The notes beneath the pieces are model-generated. The model saw only the letters and a program-made list of their open reading frames with translations. It searched no databases and had not been told where the DNA came from. A program made the position numbers and the translations under genes. Positions 48,354-58,542 of a stretch of 64,000 bases of DNA are shown one piece after another; the first letter of the stretch is position 1, and each line of letters begins with the position of its first letter. The DNA is taken from positions 29,994-93,993 of the forward strand of contig JAHISJ010000026.1 in assembly GCA_018818205.1 (NCBI GenBank), written 5' to 3'. Origin of the DNA: Patescibacteria group bacterium (GTDB lineage Bacteria > Patescibacteriota > JABMPQ01 > JAHIRA01).

Positions 48354-51300
48354 CTATCCCTTCTTAAGCCCAATATCTTCCTTGACTAGCCCCTTCTCAC
48401 CCCCATGAATAGGAACCTTACCCTCAGGAAAGCTAAACCCTTCACGTTTTGGAATAAGCACATAATCGTCATCTCCCACCAAAAAGCCATATCGTCCATC
48501 TGAGTTGGTAACTCTGGCCATGAGAATCCTCCCAAACCGTGGCTCAAAGAGTCTAACTATTACTTTAGAAAGAGTGTAGTTGGTATCAGTATCATAGGTA
48601 TGTCCCCAAGGCTTTGCAATCTTACGAGCGGCAAGCCGTCTAAAGAGAAAGAATAATAGAATGTGAACTACAAATAGGACTGCGGTAAACCACGACGGTG
48701 CAAGCACCAATGCAATAAGCCCCAGAAGTGGACCAAGGAATGAAAACACAAAAGAGATCTTGCGAGCCCTGTCTGCACGTACCATGCGCTTGTCCTCAAT
48801 CGCGATCTCTTCCTTTGAAAGTGTCTGCATGTCCTGCATGGTCGTGACACTCGTTTTAATTGGTTTTCTATACTTATCATCCAAAAATGCCATACCCTGC
48901 GCCGGATCTATTGGTACATCAAAAGCAATGATTCCATCCGTGGTAGACTTTTCATTAACATCAAAACTAAAGATCTCTCCGTTATATACCCGCTTACCCC
49001 CATGCACCGATTTACTGTTAGTGTGAGAAGGAAACGTAAACCCATCCCTAGTTACGGTCATGTAGTAGGCTTTCCCCTTTTCAGCCAAAAAGTAATATCG
49101 TCCCTTTGCATCCGTGACTGATGACTCGAGTAACTTCCCGGTTTCTTTGTCAAAAAGCCTCACAATAGCTAGATCAAGAGGTTCATCTGTCAGCGAATTA
49201 TAAACTGATCCCCACTTTCTCCTGCCTTTGACCGCAAAGAACCTAAATGGCTCGCTAAAGAGTTGTGCAAGGTATTTTAAATACGGAAAAAGTGTCTGAG
49301 CGACTGACACGGATGCAAGAATATTGGTCAATGCGACAAGAGCGGTAAGCGGCACCAATCCTGCATCAACAGCTCTCTTCACTGACTCATTTTGCCAGAC
49401 CGGTTCAAAAAATGCCGCAACAAATCCTTTTTCTTCTACTTGCGGCTCGTCAATGAGTATCTCCTCTTTTTTGTCCTCTACTATTACCTCTTTCTTATCA
49501 TCCTTTTTGTCCTCAACAATGATCTCTGTTTTATCTTCAATAATCACGTCATCCTTTTTGTCCTCTACCGTATCCTCAATAACTTCAATGATCTCAACTG
49601 GTGGCTCCTCAATCGGGGTGATTGGTGTCACTTGAGGAACTTTAGGACCACCAAGAATACCTCTTACAACCGGAGGAACAACACGACTAATAATCCTAGT
49701 TTTTGCCGCATACCCAAATTTCGCTCCATTATATGCGATAAGACTCGTCTTTAAAACGACCTGCCCGGGGTTCCTTTTGGTTGTTGGTTCATAGTTAGAA
49801 AGCGCCTGTGACCCTTCATCAACCGAGACCATATAAAATCCTGCAGACATACCGTACACATCAAACGTTCCTATTCTGCCGGTAGCTCCCGTAAACGCAA
49901 GCGTATCACCAACATCTATTTTGCCATCATGGTTGTTGTCATTATATACACGGACAGTTACACCAGAGATACCTCCCTCGCCTTGATTTTGAACACCATT
50001 TTTATTGATGTCATTAAATACAAGGCCGGAGATACTCCCTTGTGCCCGTACTGTATTTTGAATCGTATTAGAACGTGCACCTAGTCTCCCAGGATTATAC
50101 GCACCTGCTGCACGACTATCTATTACATCCCCATCAAACGCTGTGTTACTCACTAACACCTTAAAGCTGAATGTTCCCTTCTCACCCACCTTAAGCGACC
50201 CAATATCAAAATAGACATTATTTTTCATAGTAACGCTATAGTCACCTTGATCAACGTCCTTTCTGTCACTAATAGCTCGCCCGTTATACATAAGTGAACC
50301 GGAAATATACGAGGTATGCCCCGGAATGCTGTCAGAAATGTAGAACCCAAACGCATCGCCTGAACCGATATTCTCATACGCAACTTCATACAAGAGTTCA
50401 TCTCCTGGTTTTACATCACCATTGCCAAATGTGCCTGAGGTTGCGGTCATGGTTTTTGTAAGAGTAACAACCGGTCCCGTCGATAAAATAGCGTAGAGCT
50501 CAGTGTGCACTGTCTCCTGATTTCCCGCCCTATCTATAGAGAAATATTTGAGTGTCGCTCCTCGACTAATTGTAAAGGGGGCATTATAACGCAATGAATG
50601 TACCGTTGGTGTTGAATTGTCAAGTGTATAATACGTGGCATCACACCCAGAGCCACCGGGATCTTGGCAGATAAGCGTAACGGATACGGGATTTTGGTAG
50701 TTGCCGCCTGCAGGAGAAACGGTTGTAGTTGGAGGAGTTTTATCTTGATTAACCAACACAAAAACAGGAGATGATACAAACGCGCCATTTGTCCCGGAAA
50801 AACCGCGTATGCGCACCTGTGTATTTGGTGCATTAATAAACGGTTCATTAAGCACAGAATCCCATATTGTTGTCACCGCGTTTTTGCCCGATGCGGTAGT
50901 AACATAGCCAGATGAGTTCCCTATTTGGTTTGTATTGTTGTTGTCTACTTTAGGATCACCGGTTGTTGCCGAGGTGTTTGCATCAACAGTGCTGATTGTC
51001 GCTTTACCAAAAGCACCGCCAACTGAATACTCAACGTACGCCTCTGTGTCTGCTGCGTTGTCTTCTGTTTCAACATCAAAGCTAATATCAACGTAGCCGC
51101 TACCACCCTGCCGCTCGCTTGCAGTGAGATTTGAAATAGTTGGTGCTAAACTCGGATACACTAGCGCGCTTGTTCCTACAAATCTAGAAATACTAAAAAG
51201 GGTAACACTTTTGTAAGTAATGGCATCGAGCACGCCTGAATTATCCGATGCACTTGCATCGTTAAACACATCATTAAAGCCGTTAGTATTTTGCTGGGCA

Positions 51301-52277
51301 TACACACCACCGGATTTTGATACAAATAGCTGAGCTCCATCCGTGCTGTTATCACCCGTCACATAAAACAAATCGTTCCTTTCTCCAAAGGTTGAAATTG
51401 AAGTGACACCGGCACTTGCCCCAACGTTCACGAGTGCATATTGCCCTGCACCAGACGCCGTTTGAGACTTACGTACTTCTCCCCCATTAACGTTGCTCGT
51501 ACCTACATACAATTCATTATTATGTACATATAATGCGGTTACTCGACCGTTGTTCACATCGCCAAATCCATCATTATTTACCTGCGCCCAACCTGTACCA
51601 TTGTTTGTTCTGTGAAGCTCACCGCCGGTTGCCAAATTAGTTGTACCAACATATAGATAAGAATTAAAGACAGCCATGGATCGAGGCCAATTGTTACTTG
51701 CATCGCCAAAACCATTATTGACGACTTTAGTAAACGACGTTCCAGTATTGGTTCGCCAAATCTGAAATCCGGCAACATTGTTAAAGGTGCCCACATAGAG
51801 ATACCCGTTAAACACTTCCATGTTGTACATGCGTAGATTTGCAGCCTCACCAAAACCATCCCCGCCTACCTGTGACCAACTGGATCCGTCAGATGTACGC
51901 CACACCTCTCCAGGATCAACCTCTTTACCCGTTCCAAGATACAAAAAACCATCGTACACTTTCATGGAATGACACGAAGAATTGCTCACCTCACCAAATC
52001 CTCCACTTAAAACCTTACTCCACGTAAGTGCGTCAGTGCTCTTCCAAACCTGCACACCACCGGAATTTGACGTACACGCATACAAATCACCGTTAAACTC
52101 TGCCATGGCACCAGCATCTAAATTTCCTGCTTCACCAAAACCTGCGCTGCCTGACTCGAAAAAGGGATACGCTGCATGTGCACTATACGCAACAAAAAAC
52201 ATACACACAAAAATCGCAAAACTAATAAGCGATGTGTAGATTAACGAAAAGTATTTTTTGTTTGATTTAGTACGCAC
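48354..52277 (-). CDS. Large multidomain surface protein (beta-propeller repeats, FN3-associated, DUF11, SdrD-B-like, TM helices, carboxypeptidase-regulatory-like domains)
   Basis: Signal peptide; repeated W.QV...GFG...N...M.VFNGYLYVGT; YYTLD.STPT; VKPGDELLY...Y.N.G; ISGLVFNDINKNG; WG.VYNS.T.EPLDLAIVRL. Confidence 0.8.
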   Translation of the reverse strand: MRTKSNKKYFSLIYTSLISFAIFVCMFFVAYSAHAAYPFFESGSAGFGEAGNLDAGAMAEFNGDLYACTSNSGGVQVWKSTDALTWSKVLSGGFGEVSNSSCHSMKVYDGFLYLGTGKEVDPGEVWRTSDGSSWSQVGGDGFGEAANLRMYNMEVFNGYLYVGTFNNVAGFQIWRTNTGTSFTKVVNNGFGDASNNWPRSMAVFNSYLYVGTTNLATGGELHRTNNGTGWAQVNNDGFGDVNNGRVTALYVHNNELYVGTSNVNGGEVRKSQTASGAGQYALVNVGASAGVTSISTFGERNDLFYVTGDNSTDGAQLFVSKSGGVYAQQNTNGFNDVFNDASASDNSGVLDAITYKSVTLFSISRFVGTSALVYPSLAPTISNLTASERQGGSGYVDISFDVETEDNAADTEAYVEYSVGGAFGKATISTVDANTSATTGDPKVDNNNTNQIGNSSGYVTTASGKNAVTTIWDSVLNEPFINAPNTQVRIRGFSGTNGAFVSSPVFVLVNQDKTPPTTTVSPAGGNYQNPVSVTLICQDPGGSGCDATYYTLDNSTPTVHSLRYNAPFTISRGATLKYFSIDRAGNQETVHTELYAILSTGPVVTLTKTMTATSGTFGNGDVKPGDELLYEVAYENIGSGDAFGFYISDSIPGHTSYISGSLMYNGRAISDRKDVDQGDYSVTMKNNVYFDIGSLKVGEKGTFSFKVLVSNTAFDGDVIDSRAAGAYNPGRLGARSNTIQNTVRAQGSISGLVFNDINKNGVQNQGEGGISGVTVRVYNDNNHDGKIDVGDTLAFTGATGRIGTFDVYGMSAGFYMVSVDEGSQALSNYEPTTKRNPGQVVLKTSLIAYNGAKFGYAAKTRIISRVVPPVVRGILGGPKVPQVTPITPIEEPPVEIIEVIEDTVEDKKDDVIIEDKTEIIVEDKKDDKKEVIVEDKKEEILIDEPQVEEKGFVAAFFEPVWQNESVKRAVDAGLVPLTALVALTNILASVSVAQTLFPYLKYLAQLFSEPFRFFAVKGRRKWGSVYNSLTDEPLDLAIVRLFDKETGKLLESSVTDAKGRYYFLAEKGKAYYMTVTRDGFTFPSHTNSKSVHGGKRVYNGEIFSFDVNEKSTTDGIIAFDVPIDPAQGMAFLDDKYRKPIKTSVTTMQDMQTLSKEEIAIEDKRMVRADRARKISFVFSFLGPLLGLIALVLAPSWFTAVLFVVHILLFFLFRRLAARKIAKPWGHTYDTDTNYTLSKVIVRLFEPRFGRILMARVTNSDGRYGFLVGDDDYVLIPKREGFSFPEGKVPIHGGEKGLVKEDIGLKKG

Positions 52278-52333
52278 AAACGTCGTCCATTATGAACGAT
52301 TGGTAAATGAAAAATAGTTCAGAAAATAAGAAT

Positions 52334-52409
52334 TGGTACTCCCAAGGGGAATTGAACCCCTGTTTTCGGGATGAGAACCCGATGTCCTAGTCCACTAGAC
52401 GATGGGAGC
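52334..52409 (-). tRNA. tRNA-Glu (CUC)
   Basis: GCTCCCATCGTCTAGTGGACTAGGAC-TCGGG-TTCTCAT-CCCGA...GGTTCAATTCC...GGGAGTACCA. Confidence 0.95.
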
Positions 52410-52454
52410 ATACACTTACTTTACCCAACAAATACACACAAAACAAGTGTTTTT

Positions 52455-53726
52455 CTATGTACTTTGAGGCACAATGAGCGCTCTCACAATCTCCTCCATA
52501 TGCATCAATCGAGACCCCTTTATTAAGAGCAAATCACCTTCTGCCATATAGTGCTCAGAAAGTGCTTGGATCAACTCTTGCTTGTCAGTAAAATGAGCAA
52601 AGCATTTTTTTTCCGGACACGTTTTTTGCGCTTCATCGGTTATAAATGCTGCTCTATCGCCATACGTAAGGAGACAATCTACCGAATCGCATACTTTTTT
52701 CCCCACTTCCCTGTGCCCTTTTTCTGTGTGTACTCCAAGTTCTAGCATATCACCAAGGACTGCAATTTTTTTGCCTTTTGCATCTAAAAGGCGTGTGGTA
52801 CCGAGTGCCGCATCGCATGACGCGGGCGATGCATTAAAGGTATCATCAATAATGATTGAATTTTTAATTCCTTTTAATGCCTCCATTCTATGATGCGGCG
52901 GTTTGAAATGAGTGAGCGCCGCAGCAATTTCCACAAGGTTCATCTCAAACGTCAGCCCAATAACAATCGAGAAGAGAGAGGGGTAAATCTGGTGAACACT
53001 AAAAATGTGGGGAAGCCTAATCGGAATACTGTTTTGTTCATAGTGTAACTTGTACGTAATACCGCACGGATTGCTCTTCCCTCTATAAAAAATATCATCT
53101 GAACAAATGTTAGGACTTTCGGCAAAATAATCCGCATCATTATCAAAACCAATGCGAATAACGTTACGCGTTACTTTCCTTAGAGCCTTCACTACACGAT
53201 CATCATCCATATTTACCAGCGCAAGTGCCCTGGGGCTAAGCAGAGAAATGATGCTCATTTTCTCACGAGTAAATGCTTCAATATCCTTAAAATTTTCTAC
53301 ATGCGAGGGAATATCTGAAATCGCTGTCAATACCCCAACATCAACAGTACCTAAATACTCATACACCTTTTTTATGTCACCCGGATTTTTGACACGAATC
53401 TCTAGGATCACAAACTCTGCAAAAGTGCTCTGGAAAAAATAGTTGCTGTATCCTCGTAAAAGCATACGAACCATATCAAACCATCCGTGTGGGTCTCTTC
53501 CCTCACCAAGAATAGCTATGGGGATGCTCTCCCTGTCATCAAGCGCACTATCATAGTTTTTTATACACCGGTACTTTTTTGAAAGCACGGCAAAACAAGC
53601 TTCTCTGGTGCTTGTTTTCCCCACTGACCCAGTAATTGCCACAATTTTTGGCGAATACTTTACGAGAAACTTTTTTGACAAAGCCTGAATAGATTCAATT
53701 GCTTTTTTTCTGAAAAATGATTTCAT
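52455..53726 (-). CDS. murF: MurF-family Mur ligase (no N-terminal domain)
   Basis: AITGSVGKTST, IIDDTFNASP, AVLGDMLELG, LIKGSR. Confidence 0.85.
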   Translation of the reverse strand: MKSFFRKKAIESIQALSKKFLVKYSPKIVAITGSVGKTSTREACFAVLSKKYRCIKNYDSALDDRESIPIAILGEGRDPHGWFDMVRMLLRGYSNYFFQSTFAEFVILEIRVKNPGDIKKVYEYLGTVDVGVLTAISDIPSHVENFKDIEAFTREKMSIISLLSPRALALVNMDDDRVVKALRKVTRNVIRIGFDNDADYFAESPNICSDDIFYRGKSNPCGITYKLHYEQNSIPIRLPHIFSVHQIYPSLFSIVIGLTFEMNLVEIAAALTHFKPPHHRMEALKGIKNSIIIDDTFNASPASCDAALGTTRLLDAKGKKIAVLGDMLELGVHTEKGHREVGKKVCDSVDCLLTYGDRAAFITDEAQKTCPEKKCFAHFTDKQELIQALSEHYMAEGDLLLIKGSRLMHMEEIVRALIVPQST

Positions 53727-55501
53727 TTGTCTACCTTTTCTGTTGGTGGAATTTGATAATATTTAATAAGTTCCTCGGCGATTTTCTTAAATGTCGGCGC
53801 TGCTGTGGACGCTCCCCACACATCACCACCGGGATTGTTAAACTTGACCAGTACTACAAACTTGGGATCATGTACCGGGCCAAAACCAACAAATGACGTA
53901 ATCTTCTTATTTGGATCGTATCCGCGAGCACCTTCCTTTGCGACCTGAGCCGTGCCTGTTTTACCCGCAATTTTGTATCCGGGTATTTTTGCGGTATTTG
54001 CATTTCCATGTTCTACCACGCTCACCATCATAGCTGCGACTGTATCGGCAGTTGATTTGGATACTGCTTCACGATGAAAATCAGTCGGTACCAATTCTTC
54101 TGACTCATCTGAATGAATGTACTTTTTAACAATATGGGGCTTAACAAGCTTGCCACCATTGGCGATCGATGCCATAGCATTCACCAATCTAAGAGGTGTA
54201 ACAGCAACACCTTGTCCAAACGAGACAGTAGCAAGATCAACTTCTGACCACGTCCGCGGTTCAGAAATGTTTGTCATTGCCTCAGAATTTAAATCGATTC
54301 CCGTAAGATCGGTAAACCCAAATCGCTCAAGATAATTGTAGAGTCTGTCGCGTCCAAGCATGTTGCCAACCTGGACCATACCAATATTGCTTGAGCGTTC
54401 TAAAACTTCAGTAATAGTGATGTTTCCGTTTGCGGCAAGATCGGAGTTTTTGATCGTATACTTGTCGATCTTCACTGACCCTGAATCCTCAATAACGGTA
54501 TTGGGTGAGATAAGACCACTATTGATTGCAGCAGCTACGACCAGTGGCTTAAACGCAGACCCTGGCTCATACAATTCATAAATAGCTGTGTTCGTAAACA
54601 CCCCTACATCGTCAACTTTTGAGTACTCGTTTGGATTAAAGTCCGGAGAGTTGGCAAGTGCTATTATTTCTCCGTTGGTTGGATCCATTATGACTACGCT
54701 CCCGCTTTCCGCGCCAAATTGTTCAACCGACTCTTTGAGAATCTTTTCAACTTTATACTGAATGACGCGATCAATCGTAAGTACTAAATGAGATCCATCA
54801 GTCGCCTCGGTAAAAAGTTTTCTCCCACCAATGACAAATCGTCCAAGCGCATCTTTGTCTGCCGCCAAAAATCCTTTTTCACCTGCAAGCTTCGTATCAT
54901 AGTATCCTTCCAGTCCATATTTACCCGTTTGTTTGTCACCTTCGTACCCTAAAAACCCAAGGATGTGTGAAGCAAATTCATTTTCTGTGTAGTATCTGAC
55001 ATGCTCCGGTTGATATGAAATACCTCTGATGTGTTCCTCCATCACTTCATCCTTAACATCCTCGGGTACTCTCCTTTTTATTGGCTCATACACGTCGTCC
55101 TCTTTTGATAATCGAGCATATATTTCTTCAGTAGGCATATCCAAAACATCATGGAGCTTTTCTGACGTTCCATGAGGATCTTCAACGCTTCTAGGAACGG
55201 CATAGATCAGATACATTTTTTTGTTCACCGCAAGCGGATATAGATCCTTAGAAAATTTATCCTCAATATAGATAGTTCCTCGCGAGGGAAATAAATCTTC
55301 AAAAATTTGATGCTGACCAGATGCAAGTGCACTGTAGTAGTTCCCTCTAAGAATCTGAACATCAAAAAGTCGCCCAAGCACAATTACCAAGACGACAATA
55401 ACTGCAATAATTAACGTATTTATTCGAGAAGAAACACCCGAACTATTCTGATTTTTCTCCTGCGTTTTACGATATGTGTAAGGTCTTCTCTTCTGTCTCA
55501 T
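53723..55501 (-). CDS. ftsI: Class B penicillin-binding protein (FtsI/PBP3-like)
   Basis: TM, RGTIY, EPGSAFK (SxxK), SSN, KTGTAQ; dcw context. Confidence 0.88.
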   Translation of the reverse strand: MRQKRRPYTYRKTQEKNQNSSGVSSRINTLIIAVIVVLVIVLGRLFDVQILRGNYYSALASGQHQIFEDLFPSRGTIYIEDKFSKDLYPLAVNKKMYLIYAVPRSVEDPHGTSEKLHDVLDMPTEEIYARLSKEDDVYEPIKRRVPEDVKDEVMEEHIRGISYQPEHVRYYTENEFASHILGFLGYEGDKQTGKYGLEGYYDTKLAGEKGFLAADKDALGRFVIGGRKLFTEATDGSHLVLTIDRVIQYKVEKILKESVEQFGAESGSVVIMDPTNGEIIALANSPDFNPNEYSKVDDVGVFTNTAIYELYEPGSAFKPLVVAAAINSGLISPNTVIEDSGSVKIDKYTIKNSDLAANGNITITEVLERSSNIGMVQVGNMLGRDRLYNYLERFGFTDLTGIDLNSEAMTNISEPRTWSEVDLATVSFGQGVAVTPLRLVNAMASIANGGKLVKPHIVKKYIHSDESEELVPTDFHREAVSKSTADTVAAMMVSVVEHGNANTAKIPGYKIAGKTGTAQVAKEGARGYDPNKKITSFVGFGPVHDPKFVVLVKFNNPGGDVWGASTAAPTFKKIAEELIKYYQIPPTEKVDK

Positions 55502-55574
55502 ACACCACTTTGCACTCCTTTCAGTTTAGAGATAGGCTCTAGTCTTGATCACTCAAATATGCTACACTTTAGGT

Positions 55575-55727
55575 GGCTCTACTCGGATCTTCAGTGATCA
55601 TATTTGGCTCAACACCATTTACATTGGTTCTCCGTTGTCTACAGATTCGCGATTCGCGATCGGTAGCAGGTAAACCACTTTCAATATATGGAACCAAATT
55701 ATATCATCGAACAAGCCGGTAGAGCTT
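55575..55727 (-). ncRNA. Candidate 6S-like RNA (rod with a central bubble)
   Basis: Minus strand: GCTCTAC/GTAGAGC terminal stem, ATTTGGTTC/GAGCCAAAT, 13x14-nt unpaired bubble, TGGTTT/GAACCA apical stem. Confidence 0.45.
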
Positions 55728-55735
55728 TTTAAATA

Positions 55736-56107
55736 CTACAAATCATCATTTGCTGCAGCAACGACTGAACCGGTTGACTTTATGTATACCATGTCTTGCA
55801 CGGGAACCATATTGATTTCCTCCACAGAACGTTCAATGGAATCAAGCGATCTAAGCTCAGCTGCTTTTACCTCAAGATCCTTATTTTGATCTTTTAACTC
55901 TTCGATTTCATCTTGCAGTGCAGAGACCTCAAATCCGGTCGTTGATGATTGAAACACTTGCGTTAAGAAAAACAAACTCAGCACACAAAAAAGCACGACA
56001 ATAGCGATAGTGAGTGTCACTGGACCAACTCTAAATGGTTGAGACAGCGTTCTATTTCTCACTCCTTTTCTATTCTTTTTTCGTGTGACGGTTAAATATT
56101 TTCCCAT
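55736..56107 (-). CDS. ftsL: FtsL-like cell division protein
   Basis: Basic N-terminus, single TM, coiled coil; lies between rsmH and the PBP gene. Confidence 0.75.
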   Translation of the reverse strand: MGKYLTVTRKKNRKGVRNRTLSQPFRVGPVTLTIAIVVLFCVLSLFFLTQVFQSSTTGFEVSALQDEIEELKDQNKDLEVKAAELRSLDSIERSVEEINMVPVQDMVYIKSTGSVVAAANDDL

Positions 56108-56112
56108 GTGTA

Positions 56113-57039
56113 TTATCTTTTTTCTACAACGCGTAATTTTGCACTGCGTCCTCGCGGATTAGTGCTAATCTCTTTTTCTGAAGGCACTACTGGTTTTCTT
56201 GTAAGCACCTCAACCCTTTGTTCATGTTCGCATATACATAGGGGGCTTTTTGGCGGACAAATGCATTCCTTACTTTCTGCTCTAAATAATTGTTTAACTA
56301 CTCTGTCCTCAAGCGAATGATATGAAATTACGGCAACGCGCCCCTTTGGCTTTACAACAGACAGCGCAGCGGTAAGCCCTTTTTTTAATTCCTCAAGCTC
56401 ATTATTGACTTCTATCCTGAGTGACTGAAACACTTGAGCCAAATACTTGTTCTCCTTTCCAATGTAGAACCTGGGCATAGCCTCTTTTGCAAGTGCGCAT
56501 AGATCGCTTGTCGTTTCTACTCTTGTGTCTCGATTCATAACAATGTGCCGTGCAAGTTTTGCGTTGTTCTTAAGCTCTCCGTACTCCTTAAACAATGCTC
56601 TCAACTCATCAAATGAATACTCGTTTACTACATCTGCTGCGGTCTTTCCTCGACTTTCAGAAAAACGCATATCGAGTGGTTCAGTCCGTTTAAAACTAAA
56701 TCCTCTACCACTTTGATCAAGTTGAAACGATGACAGACCAAGATCAAAGAGCACTCCAGAGATTGGCGATATTCCAGCGTTTAAAACTATTTCATCAAGA
56801 TTCCCAAACGTATCATTCACGGGAACAAATCGGTCTCCATACTGCTGCAGAGAATCTCTAGCCTCAGCCAGTGCTTGCAAATCTAAATCAATGCCAATGA
56901 GCTTTCCACTTGGAGACGTCTTCTCAAGAATTGTTGCAGCGTGTCCACCACCACCAAGGTTACAATCAATAAGGTGTTCGTTTTGCTTTGGACTCAGAAA
57001 CTCAACAACCTCGCTCAGTAAAACAGGTTTGTGGAACAT
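56113..57039 (-). CDS. rsmH: 16S rRNA m4C1402 methyltransferase
   Basis: HKPVLL.EV, D..LGGGGHA, DLGLSSFQLD...RGFSF, ISYHSLEDR, NPRGRSAKLR. Confidence 0.97.
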   Translation of the reverse strand: MFHKPVLLSEVVEFLSPKQNEHLIDCNLGGGGHAATILEKTSPSGKLIGIDLDLQALAEARDSLQQYGDRFVPVNDTFGNLDEIVLNAGISPISGVLFDLGLSSFQLDQSGRGFSFKRTEPLDMRFSESRGKTAADVVNEYSFDELRALFKEYGELKNNAKLARHIVMNRDTRVETTSDLCALAKEAMPRFYIGKENKYLAQVFQSLRIEVNNELEELKKGLTAALSVVKPKGRVAVISYHSLEDRVVKQLFRAESKECICPPKSPLCICEHEQRVEVLTRKPVVPSEKEISTNPRGRSAKLRVVEKR

Positions 57040-57041
57040 AA

Positions 57042-57473
57042 TTAAACCCCTAGTTCAGAAAGTTGTTCAGCAATTTCCTCACTCTGCTTTTCTGTTTCTG
57101 CCTTATATGTACTCCACTTTTTCTCATCCCAAATTTCTAACCGACTATAGAGACCGGCAATAACGCTGCTCTTAACAATGCCCGCATACGTTCGTAAATA
57201 CTCAGGAATAGTGATTCTCCCTTGTTTATCAAGTGATACATCCATAGCACCCGCAAGCATCAATCGCGAAAAAGCACGAGTATTTTTCTGACTCATAGGA
57301 AGTGAACTCAGTTTACGCGCTATCTCCTCCCACTCTTTTTTTGTGTATAAAAAGAGGCACGAATCAAGTCCACGCGTAATAACCGCGCCTTTAAGCAATG
57401 CGCTTCTAAACTTCTTAGGCACTGCAAGCCTTCCTTTACTGTCTATTGAGTAACTATATTCTCCGATAAACAT
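57042..57473 (-). CDS. mraZ: Division/cell wall cluster repressor MraZ
   Basis: MFIGEY...IDSKGRLAVP, TRGLD.CL, LDKQGRI.IP, RLEIW. Confidence 0.97.
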   Translation of the reverse strand: MFIGEYSYSIDSKGRLAVPKKFRSALLKGAVITRGLDSCLFLYTKKEWEEIARKLSSLPMSQKNTRAFSRLMLAGAMDVSLDKQGRITIPEYLRTYAGIVKSSVIAGLYSRLEIWDEKKWSTYKAETEKQSEEIAEQLSELGV

Positions 57474-57500
57474 TGCGGCATGTTAGGATTAAAAGTAGAG

Positions 57501-57585
57501 TTATCCACAACTCGCTCCCCATATCCCCACTTTTGTACACATTTTTTATATGTATCCCCATTGTACACCACCGCCACTCACCCCG
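57501..57585 (-). promoter_or_regulatory. Probable MraZ-binding (G)TGGG repeats plus a perfect DnaA box
   Basis: Minus strand GTGGCGGTGG, ATGGGG and GTGGGGATATGGGGAGCGAGTTGTGG upstream of mraZ; TTATCCACA at 57501-57509. Confidence 0.6.
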
Positions 57586-57619
57586 CAAGTATGAGACTGT
57601 GTACAAATAGAAACTGAGC

Positions 57620-57650
57620 GGTCCCTCCCCCTTTCCAAGAGAGAGGGACC
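57620..57650. repeat. Half-copy of the CCCCTCC-type palindrome
   Basis: GGTCCCTCCCCCTTTCCAAGAGAGAGGGACC, similar to the arms at 45749-45850. Confidence 0.6.
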
Positions 57651-57711
57651 AGGACAAAAAAAAGACCCCTGCAGGTCTTTTTAAATCTATAGTATTGTTC
57701 TTAAACTTTCC

Positions 57712-58314
57712 TTAAAACGACTTCACTATCTTCTTAACTGGAGCAGCAACCTTCTTTTCTTCATCAATTTTATTGATGAGTTCAATATAATCTCCGTCAT
57801 AAATCCGTCGTATAAATCGGTCGCCATATTCTTTTCTAAATAGATATTCACCTGTTTTCATAAGTGAATAATTGAGCTCGTTCCCATCTTCTTTTTCAAG
57901 TTTAGTTACAACCTTCTTTACCTCAACTTTGTCGAAGTCACCAACAAGCAACAAATCAACACTACTTGGTGATTGAGTAAATCGTCCTGAAAGCACCACT
58001 AACGTTGGTGTTCCCGCTTTTTCTATAAGACTAATCATCTTCTCACGTGGCATAGTACTTGCCTTAACAATGAGCGCTCTGAGTTCCTTGTAATAATGAA
58101 AGTTTTTATCAACTTGGTAGTATCGCCGCTTATCATTCCTAAAATCAGAGAGAAGACCCATTTTGGATAGATTTTCTAGCTCACGACGAACAGAATTGAT
58201 ACGCTCATCAATCTGACGTGTAAGCTCTCTCACATAATATTTCTTATCCGGATTTCGTAAAAAGAGGGATAAGAGTTTTAATCTGGTTTTTGAACTAAAT
58301 AGATGTTCAAGCAT
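57712..58314 (-). CDS. Winged-HTH regulator with a nucleotidyltransferase-like C-terminus
   Basis: MLEHLFSSKTRLKLL..F...YYVRELTR...INSVRREL; SG.F.....VDLLLVG; start reassigned to the ATG at 58314. Confidence 0.75.
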   Translation of the reverse strand: MLEHLFSSKTRLKLLSLFLRNPDKKYYVRELTRQIDERINSVRRELENLSKMGLLSDFRNDKRRYYQVDKNFHYYKELRALIVKASTMPREKMISLIEKAGTPTLVVLSGRFTQSPSSVDLLLVGDFDKVEVKKVVTKLEKEDGNELNYSLMKTGEYLFRKEYGDRFIRRIYDGDYIELINKIDEEKKVAAPVKKIVKSF

Positions 58315-58542
58315 ATAAGGTTGATAACATATAGTACTAAGGAACTGAACACAATATAGTATCACAGTTTTTCTATATGTCATAGTACTTTATTTTAAGG
58401 GTAAATGTCAACTATTTTTTGAGAAATAGTTGGAACATTTTTTTGTACACAACAACTCACCACTTAATGCGTACTATTTTTACCATCACTACTTGATTGT
58501 TTCTGTTGTTCACAGTATAATCCAAAGTGTAAACTTCACCAC

